Below, one piece after another: positions 23,410 to 33,703 of a DNA stretch of 64,000 nt. Each line of letters opens with the position of its first letter. Position 1 is the first letter of the stretch. Source of the DNA: Candidatus Omnitrophota bacterium (lineage in GTDB: Bacteria; Omnitrophota; Gorgyraeia; Pluralincolimonadales; Pluralincolimonadaceae); assembly GCA_003141835.1 (NCBI GenBank), contig PLNR01000008.1, positions 132,472 through 196,471 on the forward strand, in the 5' to 3' direction. The notes under the pieces are model-generated. The model was not told where the DNA came from. It saw only the letters and a list, made by a program, of their open reading frames with translations, and did no database searches. Made by a program: the position numbers and the translations under genes.

Positions 23410-24708
23410 TTATCTCTCGACCCTTATGGCGACGGTCTTGCGCCTTATGGCCGCCATCCTGTCTATCTCTTCAAGAGCCTGCCTCATGTTCTTCTCTTTC
23501 GCCTCGTGGGTCATCATGACGACCGGCACGATGCGCGCCGCGCGCCTTTCCTTCTGCCCGACGCTGGCTATCGATATCTTATTCCGGCCGAGGATGCCCG
23601 CGACCCTCGCGAGCACGCCGGGTTTGTCGATGCATGAGATGCGGATATAATAGCTCGCCTCGATATCGTCCATCTTCCTGATCTTCTTTATCGACTTGTC
23701 CTTCATATAGATCGGGACCCTGCCTACGGAATTGAACCGCAGGTTGCGCGCGAGGTCGATCACATCGCCGACAACAGAGCTTGCAGCCGGGTTCTGTCCG
23801 GCGCCGCGTCCGTAGAACAAAGTGCCGCCGACCATATCCCCGTGGACGTAGATGGCGTTATAGACCCCGTTTACGTTTGCGAGGAGATGTTCCTTCGATA
23901 AAAGGGTCGGATGGACCCTGACCTCTATCTCGTTATCGACTTTCTTGGCGATCGCGAGCAGTTTTATGGCGTAGCCGAATTCGTCGGCATACCTGATATC
24001 GTTCTGCGATATGTCGAGTATCCCCTCGACGTAAATATCCTTGAGTTTTACCGCTTTGCCGAAACCGAGAAGGGTAAGTATAGCGAGTTTGTGCGCGGAA
24101 TCATAACCCTCGATGTCGAGCGCCGGGTTGCGCTCGGCATAACCCTTCTTCTTCGCCTGTTCGAGGGCGTCGGAGAAACTCAACTCCTCTTCGGCCATGG
24201 CCGAGAGGATATAGTTCGAAGTGCCGTTGACTATGCCGAGTATAGTGTCGATCTCGTTAGCGACGAGCCCCTCGCGCAAAGACTTGATTATCGGGATGCC
24301 GCCGCCGACCGAGGCCTCGTAGAAGATGTCAACGCCGGCCTTCTTCGCCGCGTCGAATATCTCTTCGCCGTGTTCGGTAATAAGGGCTTTGTTGGCGGTT
24401 ACGACATGCTGGCCGCTCTTTATCGCTTTTAGGACAAACTCCTTGGCCGGATGGATCCCGCCGATGAGCTCCACTACGATATCGATGTCGGGATTGCCGA
24501 TGACCTTGTTGATGTCGCTGGTCAGTATCTTCCTATTGACCTTGATGTTCCTCTTGCGGCGCAGGTCATTATCGCAGATGGCCTTAAGCACGACTCGCGC
24601 CCCGACCTGACGCTCTATCCGGGCGGATTTCTGTAATAACGCCTTCGCGACGCCGACGCCTACGGTCCCGAACCCTATCAAACCTACATTGATCTTCTCC
24701 ATTCTCAT
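23410..24708 (-). CDS. hom: homoserine dehydrogenase
   Basis: 432 aa: [20 protein letters not shown]... with a C-terminal ACT domain. An extended -10 TGATATAAT (24737..24729) lies upstream, about 10 nt after the tRNA 3' end. Confidence 0.93.
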   Translation of the reverse strand: MRMEKINVGLIGFGTVGVGVAKALLQKSARIERQVGARVVLKAICDNDLRRKRNIKVNRKILTSDINKVIGNPDIDIVVELIGGIHPAKEFVLKAIKSGQHVVTANKALITEHGEEIFDAAKKAGVDIFYEASVGGGIPIIKSLREGLVANEIDTILGIVNGTSNYILSAMAEEELSFSDALEQAKKKGYAERNPALDIEGYDSAHKLAILTLLGFGKAVKLKDIYVEGILDISQNDIRYADEFGYAIKLLAIAKKVDNEIEVRVHPTLLSKEHLLANVNGVYNAIYVHGDMVGGTLFYGRGAGQNPAASSVVGDVIDLARNLRFNSVGRVPIYMKDKSIKKIRKMDDIEASYYIRISCIDKPGVLARVAGILGRNKISIASVGQKERRAARIVPVVMMTHEAKEKNMRQALEEIDRMAAIRRKTVAIRVER

Positions 24709-24742
24709 TACCTCTTATTATTCAGACAATTATATCAAAAAA

Positions 24743-24819
24743 TGGTCGGGGCGAGCGGACTTGAACCGCTGACCACTTGTACCCCATACAAGTGCTCTAC
24801 CAAACTGAGCCACGCCCCG
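24743..24819 (-). tRNA. tRNA-Pro (anticodon GGG), CCA encoded
   Basis: The 77-nt cloverleaf was folded manually. Acceptor 7 bp CGGGGCG/CGCCCCG, D-stem GCUC/GAGC, anticodon stem CUUGU/ACAAG with loop AUGGGGU (G37), T-stem AGCGG/CCGCU, TPsiC-like loop UUCAAGU, discriminator A and CCA. An extended -10 TGATATAAT (24851..24843) lies about 25 nt upstream. Confidence 0.85.
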
Positions 24820-24889
24820 GTTTATTCGGATTTAGGAAATAAATTATATCAGATTTTTGGGAAGGTGTATAGAGGGAAATTACGAAGCT

Positions 24890-25894
24890 TCAGTTATTGC
24901 TTTCTGACTTCTTCTTGCGGGTCATGAGGTCGCGGACCGCGGTTTTGGGGTCTTTGCCGTTATATATGATGGCGTAGATCTCTTCGGCTATCGGCATCTC
25001 GACTTTGTACTTCTTTTGCAGCTCGTGGCAAGATTCGGCCGTGCCGACGCCCTCGACGACCATCTCAGTCGATTTGAGGACCTGCTCCGGTTTCTTGCCT
25101 TTCCCTATCTCTTCGCCGAACCACCTGTTCCTGCCGTGGGTGCTGACACAGGTTGTTACGAGGTCACCTAACCCGCTGATCCCGTAGAATGTCTCCTGTT
25201 TTGCGCCCATCGCCGTGCCGAGGCGGGCAATCTCGACGATACCCCTTACGAGCATGCTCGATTTTGTATTTACGCCGAATCCCATCCCGTCGGATATCCC
25301 TGCGGCGATAGCGATGACATTTTTTATCGAGCCGCCAAGTTCCACGCCTATAAGGTCGGTATTCGTGTATACCCTGAAAGTTTCGGTCATGAAGAGGTCT
25401 TGTATCTCCTGCGCCGTCTTTTCGTCTTCCGAAGCGGCGACGACTGTCGTGGGAAGACCGCGCACGACTTCAAAAGATATCGTCGGGCCTGAAAGGACGC
25501 CGATCCTTACTTTCCCGAGGACGTCGTGGATGACCTGGGACATCCTCATCATCGTATGGTTCTCTATGCCTTTCGCGACACTGACCAGGAGTTTCCCGTC
25601 GAGCTTCATGCCTTTCATCCGTCCGGCGACTTCCCTCATATGCTGTGACGGAGCTGCGAGCACGAGGATATCGGAGTCACGGACAGCCGAGGCAAGGTCT
25701 GAGGTCAGTAGTATCTGGTCCGGTATTTTGATGCCGGGCAGGAATTTCACATTCTCCCTGGTAGACTTCATCGTCTCAATGTAGTCAGGGAACACCCCCC
25801 ATAACGTGACCTTATTGCCCTTTGCGTTCAATATCATCGCCAGGGTCGTTCCCCACCCGCCGTCGCCTATTACCGTTATTTTTTTAGTGTTCAT
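24890..25894 (-). CDS. gpsA: NAD(P)H-dependent glycerol-3-phosphate dehydrogenase
   Basis: 334 aa: ITVIGDGGWGTTLA.... Confidence 0.93.
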   Translation of the reverse strand: MNTKKITVIGDGGWGTTLAMILNAKGNKVTLWGVFPDYIETMKSTRENVKFLPGIKIPDQILLTSDLASAVRDSDILVLAAPSQHMREVAGRMKGMKLDGKLLVSVAKGIENHTMMRMSQVIHDVLGKVRIGVLSGPTISFEVVRGLPTTVVAASEDEKTAQEIQDLFMTETFRVYTNTDLIGVELGGSIKNVIAIAAGISDGMGFGVNTKSSMLVRGIVEIARLGTAMGAKQETFYGISGLGDLVTTCVSTHGRNRWFGEEIGKGKKPEQVLKSTEMVVEGVGTAESCHELQKKYKVEMPIAEEIYAIIYNGKDPKTAVRDLMTRKKKSESNN

Positions 25895-26510
25895 TTTTTT
25901 TCCCGAAAGTGAAGGCGTGTTCCTCGCCGCGCACCATCCTCTTTATATTAGGATAATGCTTGTAGACGGTGATACCGCACATTACCGCGGTTATGATGAC
26001 GAAGACCGGCGGATACGGCATTACCGCCAGCATTATGGGTATCGAGACCGCGCTGATTATCGAGGCGAGCGAGACGTAGCGTTTCCATGCGAAGATCGCT
26101 ATCCATATCACCAGGGCGACGAGGAATACATTCGGCGCCACCCCGATGAATACCCCGGATGAGGTCGCTATCCCCTTCCCGCCCTTGAACCCCAAAAATA
26201 CCGTCCAGATATGCCCGATGATAGCCATACAGCCGAGCATCAGCGCGTAGGTATCCGGTTCGATCGACGTCACTCCGATGCGGATGAACATCTTCGCGAC
26301 GAGCGCGACACAGACCCAGCCCTTGAGGATATCTACGATGAGGACCAAAAGGCCAGGGAGTTTCCCGACCACCCTTGCCGTGTTCGTCGCGCCGACGTTG
26401 CCGCTGCCGTGCTCGCGTATATCGATCCCCTTTAAATATTTCGCGACAAGAAAACTCGTCGGGATCGAGCCTATCAGGTAACAGAGTATGAATGAGGACG
26501 CGATCAGCAT
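25884..26510 (-). CDS. plsY: glycerol-3-phosphate acyltransferase PlsY
   Basis: 208 aa polytopic membrane protein: ...HGSGNVGATNTARV.... Confidence 0.9.
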   Translation of the reverse strand: MLIASSFILCYLIGSIPTSFLVAKYLKGIDIREHGSGNVGATNTARVVGKLPGLLVLIVDILKGWVCVALVAKMFIRIGVTSIEPDTYALMLGCMAIIGHIWTVFLGFKGGKGIATSSGVFIGVAPNVFLVALVIWIAIFAWKRYVSLASIISAVSIPIMLAVMPYPPVFVIITAVMCGITVYKHYPNIKRMVRGEEHAFTFGKKNEH

Positions 26511-26511
26511 A

Positions 26512-27063
26512 TTATTTTTTCCCGTGTGTACCGTTCAACTGTTTTGCCCCGCGGAAGACGTAATCGATGCCTGAGAGCAATGTGAATATCGCCGCGAGGT
26601 TCCATACGTATGCCGAGTGCTTATATAAGAGTAGCACGCTTATTATCGCCATCATCTGGAAGAACGTCGTAAGCTTGCCCAGCACGCTGGGCGCTATCTT
26701 CACGTCGCCGTTTGTCAGGAATATGACGACGACGCCTATTACGATGATTATGTCCCGGCTGACGACCGTGATCGGAAGCCAGAGCGGCAGTTTTACGCTC
26801 CCGCTCCAGACTGTCAGCGCGATAAAAGATATGATGAGCAGGAATTTGTCGGCGATCGGGTCCATTATCGTGCCGAGCGGGGTCTTTTGCTTGAGGATCC
26901 GCGCCAGGAAACCGTCCATCGCGTCGGTAAGGACCGCTATCACGAATATCGTGAGCGCGATGAACCTCAAGTTATCCTGCTCCGGCTTATAATAGAGGAC
27001 CAGGCCGAAGAATATCGGCGTCAGGAGCACCCTGAGTATGGTTATCTTATTTGCTATGTTCAT
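26512..27063 (-). CDS. pgsA: CDP-diacylglycerol--glycerol-3-phosphate 3-phosphatidyltransferase
   Basis: 183 aa with the CDP-alcohol phosphotransferase motif DAMDGFLAR...G...DPIADK. Confidence 0.88.
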   Translation of the reverse strand: MNIANKITILRVLLTPIFFGLVLYYKPEQDNLRFIALTIFVIAVLTDAMDGFLARILKQKTPLGTIMDPIADKFLLIISFIALTVWSGSVKLPLWLPITVVSRDIIIVIGVVVIFLTNGDVKIAPSVLGKLTTFFQMMAIISVLLLYKHSAYVWNLAAIFTLLSGIDYVFRGAKQLNGTHGKK

Positions 27064-27066
27064 CGT

Positions 27067-27666
27067 CTATTTGTCGGTTATGGTCTGCATCCTGTTAAGC
27101 GGCCATATGAGAAGGACGGCTTTCCCGATCAGGGAATTTTTAGGGACGAAACCCCAGTACCTGCTGTCCTTGCTGTTGGCGGAATTGTCGCCTAAAACGA
27201 AATATGAATCGTTCGGCACGGTGATCGGCTTGCCTTCGATGCCGTAATCGCCCCTGTTGTAATAAGTTACCCTCCTGAACGCGGGCGGGTCATTGACCTC
27301 CTTGCCGTTCACGATAAGCTTGCCGTCCTTGATCTCGACCGTATCGCCTGGGCCCGCGATGAACCTTTTTATGAATGCCACCGGGTCGTTCGGCGGCGGC
27401 GCCTTGAAGACGACGATATCGCCGGCCTTCGGTTCCCTAAATCCCGGGATACGGACGTTTATGAACGGCATCCGCGCCCCGTAGATAAATTTCACTACGA
27501 CTACCCTGTCGCCCTCTTGGAGGGTCGGCTTCATAGAACCGGACGGGATCTTGTAGAATTCAAAGATGAATACCTTTATGACGAACGCCAGGAGGAACGC
27601 GACTACGATTATCTCGATAAATTCCCGGAACCAGTGTTTCTTGGCCTTGTTTCCAATATTTTCCAT
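27067..27666 (-). CDS. lepB: signal peptidase I
   Basis: 199 aa with an N-terminal TM helix and the SGSMKPTL catalytic Ser box, ...GDNSANSKDSRYWG.... Confidence 0.92.
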   Translation of the reverse strand: MENIGNKAKKHWFREFIEIIVVAFLLAFVIKVFIFEFYKIPSGSMKPTLQEGDRVVVVKFIYGARMPFINVRIPGFREPKAGDIVVFKAPPPNDPVAFIKRFIAGPGDTVEIKDGKLIVNGKEVNDPPAFRRVTYYNRGDYGIEGKPITVPNDSYFVLGDNSANSKDSRYWGFVPKNSLIGKAVLLIWPLNRMQTITDK

Positions 27667-27676
27667 CTCGCCCCTT

Positions 27677-29467
27677 TTAGAGTTTAAGTACCGCCATAAA
27701 GGCTTCCTGCGGTATCTCGACTTTCCCGAACTGCTTCATGCGTTTCTTGCCTTCTTTTTGTTTCTCCCAGAGCTTGCGTTTCCTCGTAATGTCGCCGCCG
27801 TAGCACTTCGCGGTGACGTTCTTGCCGACAGGCCTGACCGTCTCCCTGGCGATTATCTTGCTCCCTATCGCGGCCTGGAGCGCTACCTCGAACAACTGCC
27901 TCGGGATAAGCTCCTTCAATTTAGTGACGAGCTGGTTGCCCTTCGTATGCGCGTTCTCCTTATGGATGATGAACGAGAGCGCGTCGCAGGGCTTGCCGTT
28001 TATGAGTATGTCAAGTTTTACGAGGTCGCTGGGCTTATATTCTTTGAACTCGTAGTCGAGCGAGCCGTAGCCCCTCGTCATGGACTTTATTTTATCATAA
28101 AAATCCACAATAATCTCGGATAATGGGAATTCATAGACCAGCATCGCCCTTGTCGGATCAAGGTATTCGGTCGATATATAGGTCCCCCTTCTCTCCTGGC
28201 ATAACTGCATCACGTTGCCGAGTGAATCCGACGGCGAGATGACGAACGCCCTTATGAACGGCTCCTCGATCTCATCGATCTCCTGCGGCGCCGGGAGCTT
28301 GCTCGGGTTCTCTATCTCGACTGTCTCGCCGTCGGTCTTTATGACTTTATATACCACGCTCGGAGTGGTCGCGATGAGGTTCAGGTTATATTCCCTTTCG
28401 AGCCGCTCCTGTATGATCTCCATGTGAAGCAGTCCGAGAAAACCGCAGCGGAAACCGAACCCGAAAGAAACTGAGGACTCGACTTCATATATGAAGGAAG
28501 CGTCGCTCAGTTCCATCTTTTCGAGCGCGTCCCTGAGGAACGGGAAATCCTTTGCGTTTACCGGGTAGAGGCCGCAGAAGACGAGCGGCCGTACTTTCTT
28601 ATATCCGGGTAGCGCGTCGGCAGCCGGCCTCCTGAAATCAGTCACCGTGTCTCCGACGTGGACCTCTTTTGGTACCTTGATATTACAGGTGATGTAGCCG
28701 ACCTCTCCGACCGAGAGTTCATCGACAGCGACAGGCGCAGGCTTGAATACGCCTACCTCTTCTATATCGTAGACGCGGCCGGTGCCCATCATCTTGATCT
28801 TCATTCCCTTCCTGATCGACCCGTTCTTGAGCCTTATGTAGACGACGACACCCTTGAACGTATCGAACGCCGAGTCGATTATAAGCGCCTGCAGCGGATT
28901 TACTGTTTCGCCTTTCGGGGCCGGTATTTTGTCGACGATCGCCTGTATTATCTCGTCCACGCCTATCCCGGACTTGGCGCTGGCCATTATCGGCTCTATC
29001 TCAGTCAAATGGAGCGTATCCCTGAGCTGCTGGACCACCCTATCCGGTTCGGCGCTCGGCAGGTCTATCTTGTTTATTACGGGGATGATGACGAGGTTGT
29101 GTTCCCGCGCCAGATAAAGGTTGGCGACTGTCTGGGCCTCGACGCCCTGCGCCGCGTCTACGACGAGAAGCACGCCCTCGCATGCGGCAAGCGCTTTTGA
29201 GACTTCGTAGGTGAAATCGACATGGCCGGGCGTATCGATGAGGTTGAGGATGTAATCCTTCCCCCCGGCTGAATGGTTTAATCTCACGGCTTTGGCCTTG
29301 ATCGTGATGCCGCGCTCCCTCTCGAGGTCCATGCCGTCGAGCATCTGGTCGTGGAACTCCCTCTGGGAGATAGCGCCGGTCTTCAAGAGCAGCCTGTCGG
29401 CTAAGGTCGATTTCCCGTGGTCTATATGGGCGATGATGCAGAAATTACGGATTAACGACTTATCCAT
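27677..29467 (-). CDS. lepA: elongation factor 4 (LepA)
   Basis: 596 aa: [20 protein letters not shown]... GTPase domains and the LepA C-terminal domain. Confidence 0.96.
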   Translation of the reverse strand: MDKSLIRNFCIIAHIDHGKSTLADRLLLKTGAISQREFHDQMLDGMDLERERGITIKAKAVRLNHSAGGKDYILNLIDTPGHVDFTYEVSKALAACEGVLLVVDAAQGVEAQTVANLYLAREHNLVIIPVINKIDLPSAEPDRVVQQLRDTLHLTEIEPIMASAKSGIGVDEIIQAIVDKIPAPKGETVNPLQALIIDSAFDTFKGVVVYIRLKNGSIRKGMKIKMMGTGRVYDIEEVGVFKPAPVAVDELSVGEVGYITCNIKVPKEVHVGDTVTDFRRPAADALPGYKKVRPLVFCGLYPVNAKDFPFLRDALEKMELSDASFIYEVESSVSFGFGFRCGFLGLLHMEIIQERLEREYNLNLIATTPSVVYKVIKTDGETVEIENPSKLPAPQEIDEIEEPFIRAFVISPSDSLGNVMQLCQERRGTYISTEYLDPTRAMLVYEFPLSEIIVDFYDKIKSMTRGYGSLDYEFKEYKPSDLVKLDILINGKPCDALSFIIHKENAHTKGNQLVTKLKELIPRQLFEVALQAAIGSKIIARETVRPVGKNVTAKCYGGDITRKRKLWEKQKEGKKRMKQFGKVEIPQEAFMAVLKL

Positions 29468-30909
29468 TATTTGATCGTCTTAGACATCCTGTCGACTATA
29501 GCGATGAGGTCCCTGGCTTCCTTGTCGGTATGAGCCTCGCTGTATACCCTGAGTATAGGCTCGGTGCCCGAAGGCCTTATCAGGAGCCAACTCTCGTCGT
29601 CGAATATGAATTTCAGGCCGTCGTAGGTCTTTATGTCGACGACCTTGCGTTTGAATATCTTTCCGGAGCCCTTACCCTGCAATTTAGCGAAAAGGCTTTT
29701 AACTACCTTTTCTCTCGTCTTTAAGGGGATCTCGACATCCTGCCTGTGGTACCTGAATTTGCCGAACTTCTTTTCCATATCATCGATGAGGACGAGGATG
29801 GGCTTCTTCTCCTGCTGCATCATCTCGACCAGTAAGAGCCCGGTCAATATACCGTCCCTTTCCGGAATGTAATTCTTTACGCCTATGCCGCCTGATTCCT
29901 CGCCGCCGACCAGTACGTTCTCGCGCTGCATCAGTTTCGCGATATGCTTGAAACCGACAGGCGTCTCGAAGAATTTCAGGTTATAATGTTTGGCTATCTT
30001 GTTCATGAGCATCGGGCCCGCGATATTCTTGACGAGCGCGCCTCTCCAGCGCCTGTTCTCGATGAAATGGAGGGCGATGAGGCACATTATCTCCCCGGGC
30101 GTGATGAACCTTCCTCCGGGGGCGACCGCGCCGACCCTGTCAGCGTCGCCGTCTGTCGCCAAGCCTATGTCATATTTGCCTTTTTTCATTATTGCCATTA
30201 ATTTCGGCATGTTATGCGGGAGCGGCTCAGGCTTCAATCCCTCGAATGTGGGGTTCGGCTCGGCATTGATTGTGTCTATCTTTACCTTCGTGCCTTTTAA
30301 TACGGCCGCGTGGTAGCTGTTCCCGGCGCCGTGCATCGCCTCAGCCACGACTTTGAGGTCACAGTTTTTCAAAAGGTCGAGGTCCAGGTATTTGCGGACC
30401 GCGTCGAGATATTTCGGCATCGGGTCTATCACTTCGATCTTCTTTGTCCTGACGGCTTCCTCGAGGGATAAAGTCTTTACCTTGTTCTTATAAAGGAACG
30501 CCTCTACTTTATGGGTAACGGTCTGGTCAGCAGGCGAACCGAACTGAGTCTTTATCTTGAGCCCGCTGAACCTTCCCGGGTTATGGCTCGCGGTGATGAT
30601 GAGCCCGCCGTTCAACCCAAGCAACCTTATGTTGTAGCTTGTAGTCGGGGTCGGCGATGGTTTATCCGAGAGATATACCTTTAAACCATTGGCCGCCAAA
30701 ACTTCGGCGACGGCCTGGGCGAATTTATCGGATATAAAACGGGTGTCGTAACCTATTATTATGCGGCGCGGAGCCTTGAATTCATTGTTGAAATAATCGG
30801 CGCATGCCTGCGCGACTATCCGCACATTCTCGAACGTGAAATCTTCGGCTATCAGGCCTCTCCAGCCGTCGGTACCGAATTTGATCTGTGGTCCCTCCGC
30901 CTTTTTCAT
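29467..30909 (-). CDS. phosphoglucomutase/phosphomannomutase family protein
   Basis: 480 aa: FGTDGWRG..., active-site [13 protein letters not shown], and a metal-binding DGDADR loop. Confidence 0.85.
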   Translation of the reverse strand: MKKAEGPQIKFGTDGWRGLIAEDFTFENVRIVAQACADYFNNEFKAPRRIIIGYDTRFISDKFAQAVAEVLAANGLKVYLSDKPSPTPTTSYNIRLLGLNGGLIITASHNPGRFSGLKIKTQFGSPADQTVTHKVEAFLYKNKVKTLSLEEAVRTKKIEVIDPMPKYLDAVRKYLDLDLLKNCDLKVVAEAMHGAGNSYHAAVLKGTKVKIDTINAEPNPTFEGLKPEPLPHNMPKLMAIMKKGKYDIGLATDGDADRVGAVAPGGRFITPGEIMCLIALHFIENRRWRGALVKNIAGPMLMNKIAKHYNLKFFETPVGFKHIAKLMQRENVLVGGEESGGIGVKNYIPERDGILTGLLLVEMMQQEKKPILVLIDDMEKKFGKFRYHRQDVEIPLKTREKVVKSLFAKLQGKGSGKIFKRKVVDIKTYDGLKFIFDDESWLLIRPSGTEPILRVYSEAHTDKEARDLIAIVDRMSKTIK

Positions 30910-30928
30910 TTTTTCTCCTTTTAACCCA

Positions 30929-32200
30929 TCACCCGATATGCAAGACTTCTGAAATATTCTTTTCTTGGGACTTTCCCGCTGTCCCGATGACGGCCATGTT
31001 CAGGTGCCTGTCTGTGAATACGCGCCCGGCTACCCTTCTCACGTCATCAGGGGTTATCTTCTCGATCTCAACGACGACTTCCTGCGGCGTGGGGATCTTG
31101 CCTTCCGCCGAAAGATGCTCGCCCATCCATAACATCTGGTCAAGCGTGTCCTCCAACCCGAGGAGAAGCTGGCCTTTATAGAACTCGCGGGCGCGCTCGA
31201 ACTCGTCCTTGCCCACGGTCTTATCTTTTATCTTTTTGAGTTCCTTCATTACCAGTTCGGTGGATTTTATCACATTTTTGTTGTCGAGCCCGGCAGAGAC
31301 GAGGAAAGCGCCTGTATCGTTCAATTTCTTTGTGTGGGTGTTTATTTCGTATGCCAGGCCGCGTTTCTCGCGGATCTCCTTAAAGAGCCTGCTCGACATA
31401 TTACCGCCCAGGATTATATTCAGCATCGTCAGGGCGTATTTATCGGGATCACCGCGCCCGAAAGCGCGGATGCCTATCGCGAGGTGCGCCTGCTCCGTCT
31501 CTTTCGAGAGTGTCTTGAAGTTAGGCCTCTTCTGCGCCTCCGAGGCATTTTTATATGAGGATTTCATTCCGGGGCGCGCGGCATCAAGGTATTTTTCGCA
31601 GGATGAGAAGAACCTGTCCGCGTCAAGGTTCCCGGCGGCCGAGACGACTATATTTGCGGGATTATAATATTTATTTTTATAACCGGATATATCAGCTCTC
31701 TTCATATCCGAGACGGTTTTGACCGTGCCGGCCAGGTTACGGCCGAGAGGCTGGTCAGGCCAGAGAAGTTCCATAAGCATGTCCTGGACGTGGTGGTTCG
31801 GGAGGTCCATGTAAAGCTTGATCTCTTCCTGGATCACCGTCTTCTCTTTTTTGATATCGACGGGATCGAGTTTAGCGTTCAGGACCATATCCGAAAGGAT
31901 GTCGAGGGCAGTGTCCATATCCCTTCTTAAGACCTTAACGAGATAGCAGGTGAACTCTTCCGAGGTGAAGCCGTTCATCGCCCCGCCTCTCCCTTCGATC
32001 GCCTCTTTTATGTCGTCATTCGTCCTCTTCTTCGTCCCCTTGAAAAGGAGGTGCTCGATGAAATGAGATACGCCGCTTATCGCCTTCGGCTCGTAACGCG
32101 CGCCGACGTTAAGCCAGATACCTATAGAGATGGAATCCCTGTCCGGGATCTCCCTGGCAACGAACCGCCCGCCGTTACCAAAGGTCTTGAATCTATACAT
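30929..32200 (-). CDS. M16-family (pitrilysin-like) zinc peptidase
   Basis: 423 aa with the inverted zinc motif HFIEHLLF...E. Confidence 0.85.
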   Translation of the reverse strand: MYRFKTFGNGGRFVAREIPDRDSISIGIWLNVGARYEPKAISGVSHFIEHLLFKGTKKRTNDDIKEAIEGRGGAMNGFTSEEFTCYLVKVLRRDMDTALDILSDMVLNAKLDPVDIKKEKTVIQEEIKLYMDLPNHHVQDMLMELLWPDQPLGRNLAGTVKTVSDMKRADISGYKNKYYNPANIVVSAAGNLDADRFFSSCEKYLDAARPGMKSSYKNASEAQKRPNFKTLSKETEQAHLAIGIRAFGRGDPDKYALTMLNIILGGNMSSRLFKEIREKRGLAYEINTHTKKLNDTGAFLVSAGLDNKNVIKSTELVMKELKKIKDKTVGKDEFERAREFYKGQLLLGLEDTLDQMLWMGEHLSAEGKIPTPQEVVVEIEKITPDDVRRVAGRVFTDRHLNMAVIGTAGKSQEKNISEVLHIG

Positions 32201-32618
32201 TATGTTTCAACCTTTCGAGGTATGATTCGAGGATCAGTTGCGCGGCCATCTTGTCTATGACGCTCTTCCGCTTCTTTCTCGAGACATCAGCCGATATCAG
32301 GAATTTTTCGCTTTCTTTGGTGGATAACCTTTCGTCGTAGGTATAGACCGGTATGGAGAGGCGGCCCTTGAGCGTCTCGACGAATTCATTCACTTTTTCA
32401 GCGCTCTTGCCTTTAGTCCCGTCCATATTTATAGGCATCCCGACTACTACAGATTCGGCCTTATATTCCTCTATTATTTTTTTAATTTCGTTGAGATCAG
32501 CCTCAAGCTCTTTCCTTGCTATGACGGTCACGCCCTGGGCTATTATGCCGAGCGGGTCGCTTACAGCTACCCCTATCCTTTTTTCGCCTGCGTCCAGCGC
32601 CAGTACCCTCATAGGCAT
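32193..32618 (-). CDS. ruvX: Holliday-junction-resolvase-like pre-16S rRNA nuclease RuvX/YqgF
   Basis: 141 aa: MRVLALDAGEKRIGVAVSD.... Confidence 0.9.
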   Translation of the reverse strand: MPMRVLALDAGEKRIGVAVSDPLGIIAQGVTVIARKELEADLNEIKKIIEEYKAESVVVGMPINMDGTKGKSAEKVNEFVETLKGRLSIPVYTYDERLSTKESEKFLISADVSRKKRKSVIDKMAAQLILESYLERLKHNV

Positions 32619-33703
32619 CCCTTGAGGTCCTTATCCGATTTCATGAGCCCGACGAGCCTCTTGACGTCCTGCGCCCTGTCGCGGCTGCAGACGAGCACGC
32701 AGTCGCCGTCGCGCACCACTATTATATCGGATACGCCTATCGTCCCTATGATGCCCTGCGAGGAGACTATCACCGAATTTTTCGTGTCTATCTCCTTGTG
32801 GGAGCCGATCGTGAAATTGCCGTCCTTGTCTGTCGCGAGATGGCGGGCGAGCGAATCCCAGGAGCCGAGGTCATCCCAGTAAAATTTCCCTTCGACCGCG
32901 AATATCCTCTTCTCTTTTTCCAGGACGCCGTAATCTATCGATATCTCTTCGAGGTTCGGATAGACGCTGTTAAGTTTCCCGTAAAAGCTGAAATGACCGA
33001 TGCTCGGTTCAAGCAGCTGCAGGCCGAGGTAGAGCCTGGGGAGGTTCTCCTTTATCGCGTCGAGGATGCTCGTCGCCTTCCATATGAAGATACCGCCGTT
33101 CCAGTAATACCTCTTCTCTTTCAGGAATTTCATCGCGTTCGAAAGGCTCGGTTTTTCGACGAATGCCATGACCCTGTGGACCTTCGCTTTCAGGCCCGGG
33201 CCTTTTATCCTGAACTGGCCGCTCGTGTCTATCCTAAGGTAGCCGTATCCTGTTGCGGGGAAAGTGGGCTTTACGCCTATCGTCACAAGGCCGTTCGAGG
33301 CCTCGGCGACCTTTACGCCAGTCAGGAGCGCGTCTATGAATTTATCTTTTTCCTTTATGAAGTGGTCCGACGGCAGGACGATCAACGTCGCCTGGGGATC
33401 AGCTTTCTTTATGATCATTGCGGCGAGCCCGCATGCCGCAGCCGTGTTTTTCGCTGCCGGCTCGGCGATTATGTTCTTTATGGATGGCAGGTCGGCTTTT
33501 ATCGAACCGAACTGCTCCTTGTTCGTAATGACGTATATCCTTTCGGCCGGGACTATAGGCAGTATCCTGTCGACCGTCTCCTGGATGAGCGACCGCCTGC
33601 CCATCAGCTTAAGCGTCTGTTTCGGGGTCTTTGCCCTGCTCTTGGGCCAGAACCTCTCTCCTCTTCCGCCGGCGATAATTACCGCATAGATATTTTTATT
33701 GAT
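32609..33703 (-). CDS. mannose-1-phosphate guanylyltransferase (GDP-mannose pyrophosphorylase), probable AUC start codon
   Basis: The first in-frame ATG is at 33604 (MGRRSLIQ...). The conserved nucleotide-binding N-terminus ([28 protein letters not shown]) is encoded in frame upstream of it. No ATG, GTG or TTG occurs between it and the in-frame TAG at 33716. GGAGG sits 6 nt before the ATC at 33703..33701. Confidence 0.7.
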   Translation of the reverse strand: MNKNIYAVIIAGGRGERFWPKSRAKTPKQTLKLMGRRSLIQETVDRILPIVPAERIYVITNKEQFGSIKADLPSIKNIIAEPAAKNTAAACGLAAMIIKKADPQATLIVLPSDHFIKEKDKFIDALLTGVKVAEASNGLVTIGVKPTFPATGYGYLRIDTSGQFRIKGPGLKAKVHRVMAFVEKPSLSNAMKFLKEKRYYWNGGIFIWKATSILDAIKENLPRLYLGLQLLEPSIGHFSFYGKLNSVYPNLEEISIDYGVLEKEKRIFAVEGKFYWDDLGSWDSLARHLATDKDGNFTIGSHKEIDTKNSVIVSSQGIIGTIGVSDIIVVRDGDCVLVCSRDRAQDVKRLVGLMKSDKDLKGCL

